Below, piece by piece: positions 10,006-18,246 of a DNA stretch of 61,763 nt. Each line of letters starts with the position of its first letter. Position 1 is the first letter of the stretch. The stretch is from a bacterium. GTDB taxonomy: Bacteria; Patescibacteriota; Minisyncoccia; Phycocordibacterales; CALRBL01. The notes beneath the pieces were generated by a model, which saw only the letters and a list, made by a program, of their open reading frames with translations, was not told the DNA's origin and searched no databases. The position numbers and the translations under genes are program-made. The stretch is taken from NCBI GenBank assembly GCA_027487075.1, contig JAIYEG010000011.1, positions 1 to 61,763 on the forward strand, given 5' to 3'.

Positions 10006-13000
10006 TTATTGTGTTGATCTATTAGTATCCCCTGCTTCATGCTCAATGACTTCAGTCGTCATATCTTCGGTACCTCGCATCAATTCGACATCAAGAGCGA
10101 GACCGCGAAGGTTGTTCAAGAGTACACTGAACGAGGCAGGCACGTTTGACTGAGGAATCTTCTGTCCCTTGACGATAGCGTCGAAGGCAGCAGATCGTCC
10201 CTGAATATCGTCTGACTTGATAGTGAGCACTTCTCGAAGCGTATGTGCTGCTCCGTGTCCTGAAAGTGCCCATACTTCCATTTCTCCGAATCGCTGTCCT
10301 CCTCCCTGTGCCTTTCCTCCAAGAGGCTGCTGGGTAATGAGAGAGTACGGACCGATTGATCGCATGTGAATCTTGTCTTCCACCATGTGGTGAAGCTTCA
10401 TGACATACATGTATCCAACCGCAATGCGCTGATCGAAGGTTTCTCCAGTTCGTCCGTCGAAGAGTTCGATCTTTCCGTCTTCTGGAAGACCTGCCTTCTT
10501 GAGTTCTTCTTTGATTTCAACATCTGTTGCTCCGGCAAACGCAGGAACGATAGCCTGATAGTTCAAAGTGTGGGCTGCCATACCAAGGTGGATTTCGAGA
10601 ATCTGTCCGAGGTTCATACGTGAAGGCACGCCGAGCGGTGTAAGGATCACGTCGATTGGTGTACCATCGGCCATGTATGGCATATCTTCTTCAGGAAGAA
10701 TACGTGAGATAACTCCCTTGTTTCCGTGACGTCCCGCCATCTTATCTCCCACAGAAACTGAACGGAGCTGCGCAACTTCGATGTGAATGCGCTTGATGAT
10801 ACCTGATTCGAGCTTTTCACCCTTTTCTCGTGAGAATACTTTCACGCCGATCACGCGACCCTTCTTGCCGTTTTCCATGCGCTTTGACGTGTCTTTCACA
10901 TCGCGTGACTTTTCTCCGAAGATTGAGCGGAGGAGTCGTTCTTCAGGAGTAAGCTGAGTTTCTCCTTTTGGAGTAATTTTTCCTACAAGAATATCTCCAG
11001 GGTGTACTTCGGCACCGATACGCACAATACCTTCTTCATCAAGATTCTTGAGACGGTGCTCACCAACATTAGGAATATCAGGAGTAGTAATTTCGGGACC
11101 GAGCTTGGTGTCGCGTACATTCACCACGAATTCTTCGATGTGGATAGAAGCGAACTTGTTTTCTTTCACGAGACGCTCAGAAATAATGATGGCGTCTTCG
11201 TAGTTTGCTCCAGACCATGTCATGAATGCTACGAATACGTTCTGACCAAGAGCAATTTCTCCATGATCTGAGGTAGATGCATCAGCAAGCACATCACCCT
11301 TCGCAACTTTTTGTCCGAGTGATACCTGAGGACGCTGATAGTATGCGGTGAACTGGTTGGTTCGTGAGATAGGAGCAAGCTTGTATTCAGTTTCTTTGTT
11401 GTCTTTGTCGGCAACAAAGACGATGCGCTGTGCATCAACATACTTGATGGTTCCCGCTGAAGGAGCAACGATCACACGCTTGGTGTCGAGTGCTGCATGA
11501 CCTTCAATACCAGTGGCAACGATAGGAGCTTCGGGGATAACACACGGTGTTCCCTGCTTCTGCATGTTTGAACCCATGAGTGTTCGGTTTGCATCGTCGT
11601 GGTTCAAGAATGGAATCATCGACGTCGCCACAGAGTATGCTTGGTTGGTTGCAATATCCATGTAGTGAATATCTTCCTTCTTCACCACAGCAGGACGACC
11701 TTTCACACGCACCTCAACGATGTCGTCGGTAATCACTCCTTTTTCATCGGTGTTGGTAGCGGCATGCGCAATGTTGAATCCTTCTTCTTCGAGGGCATTC
11801 ATGTATACAATTTCATCGGTCACTTTTCCTTTGGTGACTTTAGCGTAAGGAGTCTCGATCATACCGAACTCGTTGATACGAGCGTAGGCAGACAAGTGAA
11901 GTACGAGACCGATGTTTGGTCCTTCAGGGGTGTGAATAGGACAGATACGGCCGTAGTGAGATGGGTGCACGTCACGCACTTCGAATCCCGCTCGTTCTCG
12001 CGTAAGTCCTCCAGGACCAAGAGCAGAAACGGTGCGGAGATGTTCGAGCTCAGTGAGGAGGTTTTCCTGCTGCATGAACTGTGAGAGCTGGTTAGTGGTG
12101 AAGAACTCTTTAATACGAGCCTGAAGAGGTCGTGGAGAAATAAACTGCACAGGAAGTGACGCATCGGTGTCGATGGTCGACATACGGTTCTGAATGTTTC
12201 GCTTGATCTGTGACATACCCACACGAATCTTCTGAGCAAGAAGCTCACCTACATAGCGCACTCGTCGTGATCCAAGGTGGTCGATGTCGTCTGCTTCAAC
12301 ACCAGTCGTATTATTAAGTTCTGCAATATGAGAAATGGTAGTCACCGCATCATCAAGGTCGATGGTTTTTCGCGCCAAATCCTTTTCCTCGACGCTCTTA
12401 CCAAAGCGCTTGTTGAAGCTGAGACGTCCAATCGGCGAAAGATCGTATCGTTCTGCTCCGAAGATAGAACCAACGAACTCACGTGCGTTTTCTACCGTTG
12501 CAAGATCACCATCACGAAGTCGCTTGTGAATTTCGATGAATGATTCATCGGCTGACTTTGCATGATCCTTTGCGAGGGTCATTTCGATTGCTTTCTTTGC
12601 TTCTGGCTTTCCATCAAAGAGTGCGAGGATCTGATCATTTGAGAGAGAGCCCTTCACACCACCAAGCACGCGAAGAAGTGTCGTTACCGGAAACTTTCGC
12701 TTTCGGTCGATACGTACATATATAGCGCCGTCGGGATCAGATTCAATCTCAATCCATGCACCACGAGCAGGAATGATTTTTGCACCAAAGTAGTTGCGAC
12801 CCTTGAGTTCTTCTGAGGTAAAGAAAATACCGAATGATCGTGCGAGCTGTGGCACAATAACACGCTCGATACCATTAATAATGAAAGTACCGTGATCGGT
12901 CATGAGCGGAAAGTCCGCCATGAAAATCTCCTGCTCTTTTACTGAGCCGAAGGTCTTATTCTTCACACGAACCATCACCTTAAGAGGTGCTTCGTATGAC

Positions 13001-13257
13001 ATCTTATTCTCCTTTGCATAGAATTCATCGAACTTTGGCTTTTCGAGTTCAAAGCTGGTGAAGTCGAGTTCGAACTTCTTGTCTGAGTAGTCCTTAATAG
13101 ATGAGAACTCAGCAAAGACTTCTTTCAAACCAGTCTCGAGGAGTTGATTGAATGAATCGATCTGAGCCTCCACCATGTTTGGAAGAGGAACGAGGGGCTT
13201 TTTGAACTTACCGAAATACTTCTTCTTAAGCTTACCTGGAGCGTGTTGATGCGCCAT
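10006..13257 (-). CDS. rpoB: DNA-directed RNA polymerase subunit beta
   Basis: 1083 aa with typical beta-subunit motifs (GRHGNKGV, FGEMEVWAL, the rifampicin-cluster region SQLSQFMQQ). Confidence 0.96.
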   Translation of the reverse strand: MAHQHAPGKLKKKYFGKFKKPLVPLPNMVEAQIDSFNQLLETGLKEVFAEFSSIKDYSDKKFELDFTSFELEKPKFDEFYAKENKMSYEAPLKVMVRVKNKTFGSVKEQEIFMADFPLMTDHGTFIINGIERVIVPQLARSFGIFFTSEELKGRNYFGAKIIPARGAWIEIESDPDGAIYVRIDRKRKFPVTTLLRVLGGVKGSLSNDQILALFDGKPEAKKAIEMTLAKDHAKSADESFIEIHKRLRDGDLATVENAREFVGSIFGAERYDLSPIGRLSFNKRFGKSVEEKDLARKTIDLDDAVTTISHIAELNNTTGVEADDIDHLGSRRVRYVGELLAQKIRVGMSQIKRNIQNRMSTIDTDASLPVQFISPRPLQARIKEFFTTNQLSQFMQQENLLTELEHLRTVSALGPGGLTRERAGFEVRDVHPSHYGRICPIHTPEGPNIGLVLHLSAYARINEFGMIETPYAKVTKGKVTDEIVYMNALEEEGFNIAHAATNTDEKGVITDDIVEVRVKGRPAVVKKEDIHYMDIATNQAYSVATSMIPFLNHDDANRTLMGSNMQKQGTPCVIPEAPIVATGIEGHAALDTKRVIVAPSAGTIKYVDAQRIVFVADKDNKETEYKLAPISRTNQFTAYYQRPQVSLGQKVAKGDVLADASTSDHGEIALGQNVFVAFMTWSGANYEDAIIISERLVKENKFASIHIEEFVVNVRDTKLGPEITTPDIPNVGEHRLKNLDEEGIVRIGAEVHPGDILVGKITPKGETQLTPEERLLRSIFGEKSRDVKDTSKRMENGKKGRVIGVKVFSREKGEKLESGIIKRIHIEVAQLRSVSVGDKMAGRHGNKGVISRILPEEDMPYMADGTPIDVILTPLGVPSRMNLGQILEIHLGMAAHTLNYQAIVPAFAGATDVEIKEELKKAGLPEDGKIELFDGRTGETFDQRIAVGYMYVMKLHHMVEDKIHMRSIGPYSLITQQPLGGKAQGGGQRFGEMEVWALSGHGAAHTLREVLTIKSDDIQGRSAAFDAIVKGQKIPQSNVPASFSVLLNNLRGLALDVELMRGTEDMTTEVIEHEAGDTNRSTQ

Positions 13258-13404
13258 ATATATGAATGTGGTTAGTGTGCTGCTAAAAATGAATAATACT
13301 GGCCGGTACTACGTTCTTTCTTAGCGCGACAACAATGACACAATCGGCGCAATGAGACCCAAAAGGTATCACAAACTAGCTAAAATTGCAAGGGCACTTC
13401 CCTT

Positions 13405-14703
13405 CTAAAACTCGCCGTACCCAGGATTCAACCGACAAACAGGGTCTGGAGTAAAGCGAACAGTCTTTGGCCCACCCTGATCAGCAGTACTACTATCAGT
13501 ACATGTAAAGGTGTGGGTACCGACGGAAACAGGCACAAGTACATTGTTATACGGATAAGGAACGGTAAGACCATCAATACTACATGTTACCGCTCCATTA
13601 CCAGCTGATGTAAGTGTCCAGTCAGAGAGATAACATGAACCACTTGGTGTCGTTACCAAACGAGGGCTGAGGTTATATGTCCCTGGAGTCAGATCATTAT
13701 TCACTGATGGAACACATACCCCCGCAACAACAGTTCCTCCTGTAGCACCACAATCAAATGAGCAACTTTGTGTAGAAGGGATAGGGTTTGGTCCAGTTCC
13801 ATTACATGTCCAATTGATTCTTGTTGAAGTATCTGGGAGGCTGGTATCTGGAGCATTATTTGGTCCACACGTATTGATTGCTGTTCCACATGATGCAGGA
13901 TACGATGTTGCCGGCACATAACAATTCCCTGCATCATCCACCTCACCAGGGGGCACTGTAGTCTGAACATCAGGATGTCCTACATCAGTACACATATCAG
14001 GGTTAAGCTCGGCATCCCACCGCATCCATCCAAGCAAAGCTGAGCCCCATCCCCATCCATTACCATTAAGCCCGCTCACCGAATAAGCGTTTGCTCCGGT
14101 CTTTCTCAGACTAATCCACCCATCCCATCCCCCCATCCTCTCACCGCTGGTTGGATTCGATGCATCAGGAATCTGAGAAACGACACGCGCCCATCCTTCC
14201 ATATAGTCATCATTAGAATTAGCAGGTGTTCCATTGTTATTGATTCTTGCATGAGTCGCAACCGTACCTGGAGCCCTTGCTACCGTAGGCACCGTTCCTG
14301 CACCTGAACCAAAGACAATCCATCCATAATTATCTGACCATGCATATCCGGTTAAATAACGGAATCGATTGCCAGTAAGAGGGCCCGCATTCACCCCATA
14401 ATCATACGATGTACCACTTTGAGGACAATTTCTATATTGACTTATGGACGGTGGAAGGGGTTCGTACAGATTATCACCATCTGGATCACAATTGAGACTA
14501 TTAAGACTGATCCACCCTGCTCCACCACTCGCAGCACCATTAGCATCTTCTACTCCATTATTAAGATATGCCTCAGCCCATATCCACCCTCGCACATTAT
14601 GACTTCCACCAGCATCAGCCTTATTACTATTAATAAGATATAAAGATACCGCCACTACCACACAAGACACCCCCATGAGTCCAAAGAAAAAATATTTTTT
14701 CAT
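13405..14703 (-). CDS. Secreted Trp/Gly-repeat, Cys-rich surface protein ending in PGYGEF (cassette copy 2, large subunit)
   Basis: 432 aa with a signal/anchor (cleavage-like ADA|GGSHNV). It has six GW-type repeats (GWIWAEAY, GWISLNS, GYAWSDNYGWIVFG, GWARVVS, GWDGWISL, GWGWGS..GWMRW) and a DPDGD Ca-like motif. Twelve C-terminal Cys are conserved with the paralog at 18247-19560. Confidence 0.8.
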   Translation of the reverse strand: MKKYFFFGLMGVSCVVVAVSLYLINSNKADAGGSHNVRGWIWAEAYLNNGVEDANGAASGGAGWISLNSLNCDPDGDNLYEPLPPSISQYRNCPQSGTSYDYGVNAGPLTGNRFRYLTGYAWSDNYGWIVFGSGAGTVPTVARAPGTVATHARINNNGTPANSNDDYMEGWARVVSQIPDASNPTSGERMGGWDGWISLRKTGANAYSVSGLNGNGWGWGSALLGWMRWDAELNPDMCTDVGHPDVQTTVPPGEVDDAGNCYVPATSYPASCGTAINTCGPNNAPDTSLPDTSTRINWTCNGTGPNPIPSTQSCSFDCGATGGTVVAGVCVPSVNNDLTPGTYNLSPRLVTTPSGSCYLSDWTLTSAGNGAVTCSIDGLTVPYPYNNVLVPVSVGTHTFTCTDSSTADQGGPKTVRFTPDPVCRLNPGYGEF

Positions 14704-14769
14704 AAACTAATACAAAGTATATCAGCTAAACCTAGATTATTCTATAACTTTCATAGTTTATGTGGATAT
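14704..14769 (-). promoter_or_regulatory. Promoter region of the 13405-14703 gene: extended -10 (TGaTATACT) with an ATATCCACA motif 39 nt upstream
   Basis: On the plus strand, AGTATA lies at 14716-14721 and TGTGGATAT at 14761-14769. The architecture matches the region upstream of 18247-19560. Confidence 0.5.
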
Positions 14770-14783
14770 CTTATAGAAAAAAT

Positions 14784-14811
14784 TTGACAATATATATAAA
14801 AAATGTACTAT
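14784..14811 (+). promoter_or_regulatory. Sigma-70-type promoter for the PEP-CTERM-like gene
   Basis: TTGACA at 14784-14789, 16-nt spacer, TACTAT at 14806-14811. AAGGAG lies about 7 nt before the ATG at 14873. Confidence 0.5.
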
Positions 14812-14872
14812 AAAACTCGAACTTGACTTGCAAAAGTCATCCGTCCTCAACAAAAAAACAAGGAGAATATCC

Positions 14873-15619
14873 ATGAAGTACGCAGCTTTTGTTTTTATGG
14901 TTGCACTTCTGTGCAGCCTTCTTCAGTCCCAGGCACAGGTTCGTGTATGGGATCAGACTGGGTCGTGGGAATTTAAAGACGACCTCTTCTACATTTTCGT
15001 GAAGAAAGGTGATGGGAGCGCTGATCCACAGGGTGGCAGCTTTACCCCAGAAGCCTTCCTCAAGGGAAGCGCAGAAGGTTCCACCGATATCACCACCACC
15101 AGAGGACACTTTGCGTGGACCGCCGAACCGCAACGAATAGCAATAGAGTTCGACAAGGATTCTCGCATCCTCACCTTAGAGGTGGGAAACGGCACAGGAA
15201 TGCTCACGCTCACCCGTACGGTGCGGAGCGACATGATCTTCAACGGTCTGTCGTTTGCAGCACTTATCAACCAAGGAAACGTGAATGCTCCAGCAGGTGT
15301 CGTCAGCTTCACACTGACAAACCTTAGGATTGGCCTTAACGAGCCCATCCGCATGGAGCTCAGCATGAGCAATCCAGGAAGGCCTACTGATGTACCTGAG
15401 GTCGTGTACACATGGGACCCCCATGGTCAACAGACCAGTTTCTCGGGGAGTGGCTACATCACCGCCACGAATGGGTGGGACTGGAACAGAGCAATCGTCA
15501 TCGGTCCGATGTGGATGACGGCACCAAACGCTCTGCCGACTCCTGAACCCTCATCAGGAGTGCTGGTATGGATTGGGCTCCTCTCCCTCTACGGCGTTGC
15601 AAGGCAGAGGCTGAAGTAA
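14873..15619 (+). CDS. GC-rich secreted protein with a PEP-CTERM-like C-terminal sorting signal
   Basis: Start chosen at MKYAAFVFMVALLCSLLQSQAQ (signal peptide, AAGGAG RBS). The C-terminus is ...PTPEPSSGVLVWIGLLSLYGVARQRLK: PEP motif, hydrophobic helix, basic tail. It lies on the opposite strand to the surrounding cassette. Confidence 0.7.
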   Translation: MKYAAFVFMVALLCSLLQSQAQVRVWDQTGSWEFKDDLFYIFVKKGDGSADPQGGSFTPEAFLKGSAEGSTDITTTRGHFAWTAEPQRIAIEFDKDSRILTLEVGNGTGMLTLTRTVRSDMIFNGLSFAALINQGNVNAPAGVVSFTLTNLRIGLNEPIRMELSMSNPGRPTDVPEVVYTWDPHGQQTSFSGSGYITATNGWDWNRAIVIGPMWMTAPNALPTPEPSSGVLVWIGLLSLYGVARQRLK

Positions 15620-15635
15620 CACCACAGAACGTCAA

Positions 15636-15672
15636 ACGGCACACTCTCTCGGGAGTGTGCCGTTTTGTTTTT
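15636..15672. terminator. Bidirectional intrinsic terminator
   Basis: Stem ACGGCACACTC / GAGTGTGCCGT with a 6-nt loop, then TTTTGTTTTT. It sits between the convergent stops at 15619 and 15685. Confidence 0.75.
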
Positions 15673-15684
15673 ATGAAATACACA

Positions 15685-16410
15685 CTAATTCTTTCTGCAA
15701 TAAAGTAACTGTATATAAGGAGCATTTGTGCCAGGCTTAGCACCTCCATCAACATCTCGAGTCTCCGCGGCAGGCACTGATGCCATCTGACTACCTGGAA
15801 GCGCATCATTATTTGTCACGATTCCAGTCGCTACACTTCTCCAATACGCATATGTATGCGTATGTGCTCCGGTTGGCACATTTTGTCCATCAGTAAGTGG
15901 AGTACCGACCGTTGCACCTAAAGTACCACCGGGCCTCAATCCGACGATATATCTTCCTTCAGAACCACCTGTTGTTCCACTGTATGGTGATGGGGATCCA
16001 GCGATATCTTTTGTCCACCCAACCGGACAAGAAGTTCGATTGAACGCAAGAACACCTCCTGAAGGAATTGGTCCTTTTCCTTGTGGACCCTGCGGACCTT
16101 GTAAGCCAATGGTAGACATCGTCCTACAGTTCAAACCATTATCATCACAATATTCTGTTGCTCCCAAACTCCCCTTTACAAGCACAAGAAGATTAGAAGG
16201 AACGGTCATGTTTGTATTAGCAAATAAATTCGAAGATCCACTTGATCGAAAACCTGAAACTCCCAGTGGTCCAGCCTTAGTTTGAGATGTTGCATCAGTT
16301 CTTAATGGTCGAGGAGGATTGCCTCCTGGTGGAACCTCGGTAGAACCCGACCACGCATACACACTTGATACACTTGCCAACATAATAAAGGTGAGAATGA
16401 TAATTTTCAT
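15685..16410 (-). CDS. Secreted collagen-like / tail-collar-like fibre protein (copy 2, chain c)
   Basis: 241 aa. Signal VYA|WSGS, YCDDNGLNC, GLQGPQGPQGKG, VPSGGVLAF..CPVGW..GRYIVG, TGAHTHTY, C-terminal GTNAPYIQLLYCRKN. Confidence 0.8.
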   Translation of the reverse strand: MKIIILTFIMLASVSSVYAWSGSTEVPPGGNPPRPLRTDATSQTKAGPLGVSGFRSSGSSNLFANTNMTVPSNLLVLVKGSLGATEYCDDNGLNCRTMSTIGLQGPQGPQGKGPIPSGGVLAFNRTSCPVGWTKDIAGSPSPYSGTTGGSEGRYIVGLRPGGTLGATVGTPLTDGQNVPTGAHTHTYAYWRSVATGIVTNNDALPGSQMASVPAAETRDVDGGAKPGTNAPYIQLLYCRKN

Positions 16411-16413
16411 ATA

Positions 16414-17160
16414 TTAATTTTTTTCACAATAAAGCATCTGAACATATGGCGCATTTGTTCCCGCTCGACCAGTAGCGTTGTCTGTTTTTGGTGTGCTATC
16501 GACAGCCATTTGACTACCAGCAATTTTTGATGTCTTTTCACCAGTGTAGGAAGCAGTGATCCTCCAGTACGTATACGTATGCGTATGTGCTCCGGTTGGT
16601 CGATTTTCTCCTTCGCTCAAGTTGTCACCAATCTGTAATCCGAGCCTACCACCATTATTGAGCCCAACAACATATCTTCCATCCGCAGGAGAGAACCTTG
16701 TCCATCCACTAGGACACACCGATGTAGAAAAAGGCACCACCGCCCCACTTGGTACGGTAGTTTCTCCTGGTAATCCTGCTAAACCTGCGGGGCCATCTAT
16801 AGCCATATCAAGGATCGTCTTACAATTTTGGGCATTATCATCACAGTAACGTGATGCTCCGGTATTTCCGTTTATTGCAAGCGTGAGTGTTGTTGGTGGC
16901 CACGATGCTCTCGTCGAAGACGAGAACCAACTTGCTCTATAAGGTGAAGCATAAAAAGGCATTGCGATGGAACGAAATCCTCCAACGGTGAGTTGGCCGG
17001 GAATTAATTGTGTGACATCACTGGTATTAACCGGCGGAAGAACATTACCTCCAGGCGGTGGAGCTGTTGGTCCACTCCACGCAAACGCATTACTTATAGA
17101 TAAAGTAAGCACGAGTGCAAGTAAGACAATTTGTATATTTTTATAAAAGAATGTTTTCAT
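16414..17160 (-). CDS. Secreted collagen-like / tail-collar-like fibre protein (copy 2, chain b)
   Basis: 248 aa. Signal AFA|WSGP, YCDDNAQNC, GPAGLAGLPGET, CPSGW, GRYVVG, TGAHTHTY, GTNAPYVQMLYCEKN. Confidence 0.8.
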   Translation of the reverse strand: MKTFFYKNIQIVLLALVLTLSISNAFAWSGPTAPPPGGNVLPPVNTSDVTQLIPGQLTVGGFRSIAMPFYASPYRASWFSSSTRASWPPTTLTLAINGNTGASRYCDDNAQNCKTILDMAIDGPAGLAGLPGETTVPSGAVVPFSTSVCPSGWTRFSPADGRYVVGLNNGGRLGLQIGDNLSEGENRPTGAHTHTYTYWRITASYTGEKTSKIAGSQMAVDSTPKTDNATGRAGTNAPYVQMLYCEKN

Positions 17161-17164
17161 GCTA

Positions 17165-17941
17165 TTAATTTTTTCTACACATCAAATACTGAACATATGG
17201 AGCATTTGTTGCACCCGCACCAGCAGCTCGTGTGGTTCCGCTGGTAAGACCCATTTGATTTAACGCAAATGTCGATGATACGTTTGTATATCCTACATAT
17301 GTTGGCGGTGTAGGTGAGAATGTATAGGTATACGTATGAGTATGCGCTCCCGTAGCAACGGCCTGTCGATCATTGAGCGCAGTACCTACTTGTCTTCCCA
17401 CCTGACCTCCAGGATTTACCCCCACAATATATCGCCCTTGCACCTCAACATATTCAGACCACCCACTTGGACACGATGTAACATTTGAAAAAGCAACCAC
17501 ACCACCTGATGGCATTTGTGCTGTGCTATCAGGTCCTGCCGGTCCTGCCGGTCCTATATCACCAAAATCAGTTGCCCTCAAACAATTCTGACCATTATCA
17601 TCACAATACTGAACTGAGCCTATTTTTCCATTTACACCCAACATCAAACTTCCAAGACCAGTCCAGCCAACACGCGTTTCATTAGAAAAGTAATTACCTC
17701 CAGAGGATATCGAGTGTAGACCACCATTAACTTTAAGTGTGCCATACTTCTCTTGCCATGAACTTCCTGTATTGAGAGGAGCTAGTGCATTATTTCCTGG
17801 TGCTACTCGTGTAGGAACTGACCATTCAGAAATGGTCGTAGGGGCAGTAATAGGAGCCGATTGAGAAAATACTTGAATCGCACCAATAAACACCAGTGAG
17901 AAAGTACCCGCTTTTAGGAATAAACTACTATATTTTTTCAT
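17165..17941 (-). CDS. Secreted collagen-like / tail-collar-like fibre protein (copy 2, chain a)
   Basis: 258 aa. Signal peptide, YCDDNGQNC, GPAGPAGPD, CPSGW, GRYIVG, TGAHTHTY, ATNAPYVQYLMCRKN. Its start overlaps the upstream gene's stop by 4 nt (ATGA). Confidence 0.8.
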   Translation of the reverse strand: MKKYSSLFLKAGTFSLVFIGAIQVFSQSAPITAPTTISEWSVPTRVAPGNNALAPLNTGSSWQEKYGTLKVNGGLHSISSGGNYFSNETRVGWTGLGSLMLGVNGKIGSVQYCDDNGQNCLRATDFGDIGPAGPAGPDSTAQMPSGGVVAFSNVTSCPSGWSEYVEVQGRYIVGVNPGGQVGRQVGTALNDRQAVATGAHTHTYTYTFSPTPPTYVGYTNVSSTFALNQMGLTSGTTRAAGAGATNAPYVQYLMCRKN

Positions 17942-18183
17942 CTTTCGATAAGATACTTATCCATATCTTTCACTTCTTCTCTGTTAATGTCTTGAGACGG
18001 CCGCACTAGACGACTATCCATCACCTGAAACTGTTGCTCGACAGTAAGCCTATCCCACTCATCATGCACTGAACGAGGTGTATTCAAATTAAAACTTAGT
18101 GACAGAGTAAAGATAGTGAGGGTAATAAAAATAATAGTATACAAAATAAAATGTGTACCCGTATATGTAATACGATGTTTCAT
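17938..18183 (-). CDS. Small single-pass membrane protein, first gene of cassette copy 2
   Basis: 81 aa, MKHRITYTGTHFILYTIIFITLTIF..., with a charged C-terminal tail. It is a paralog of 22144-22401 (shared R-I-x-Y-T-x-x-HFILYT-x-IF). Confidence 0.7.
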   Translation of the reverse strand: MKHRITYTGTHFILYTIIFITLTIFTLSLSFNLNTPRSVHDEWDRLTVEQQFQVMDSRLVRPSQDINREEVKDMDKYLIER

Positions 18184-18194
18184 ATCTTATTTTG

Positions 18195-18240
18195 ATTATA
18201 CTGTGATTATGATTACATTGACAAGTAACGGTTATCCACA
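18195..18240 (-). promoter_or_regulatory. Promoter of cassette copy 2: TGTGGATAA-N7-TTGTCA-N18-TATAAT-N11-ATG (read on minus)
   Basis: On the plus strand: ATTATA 18195-18200, TGACAA 18219-18224, TTATCCACA 18232-18240. Confidence 0.65.
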
Positions 18241-18246
18241 AACCAC

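Noticed and set aside
9987-10046. The N-terminal extension of the rpoC ORF (track start 10046), with similar upstream extensions at 24057 (rnr), 28879 (smc), 37191 (thrS), 41059, 49248 (secG), 49508, 59055, 59018 and 61208.
   Set aside because: The extensions overlap neighbouring genes or repeats and add non-conserved residues ahead of canonical N-termini. I preferred the internal Met codons.
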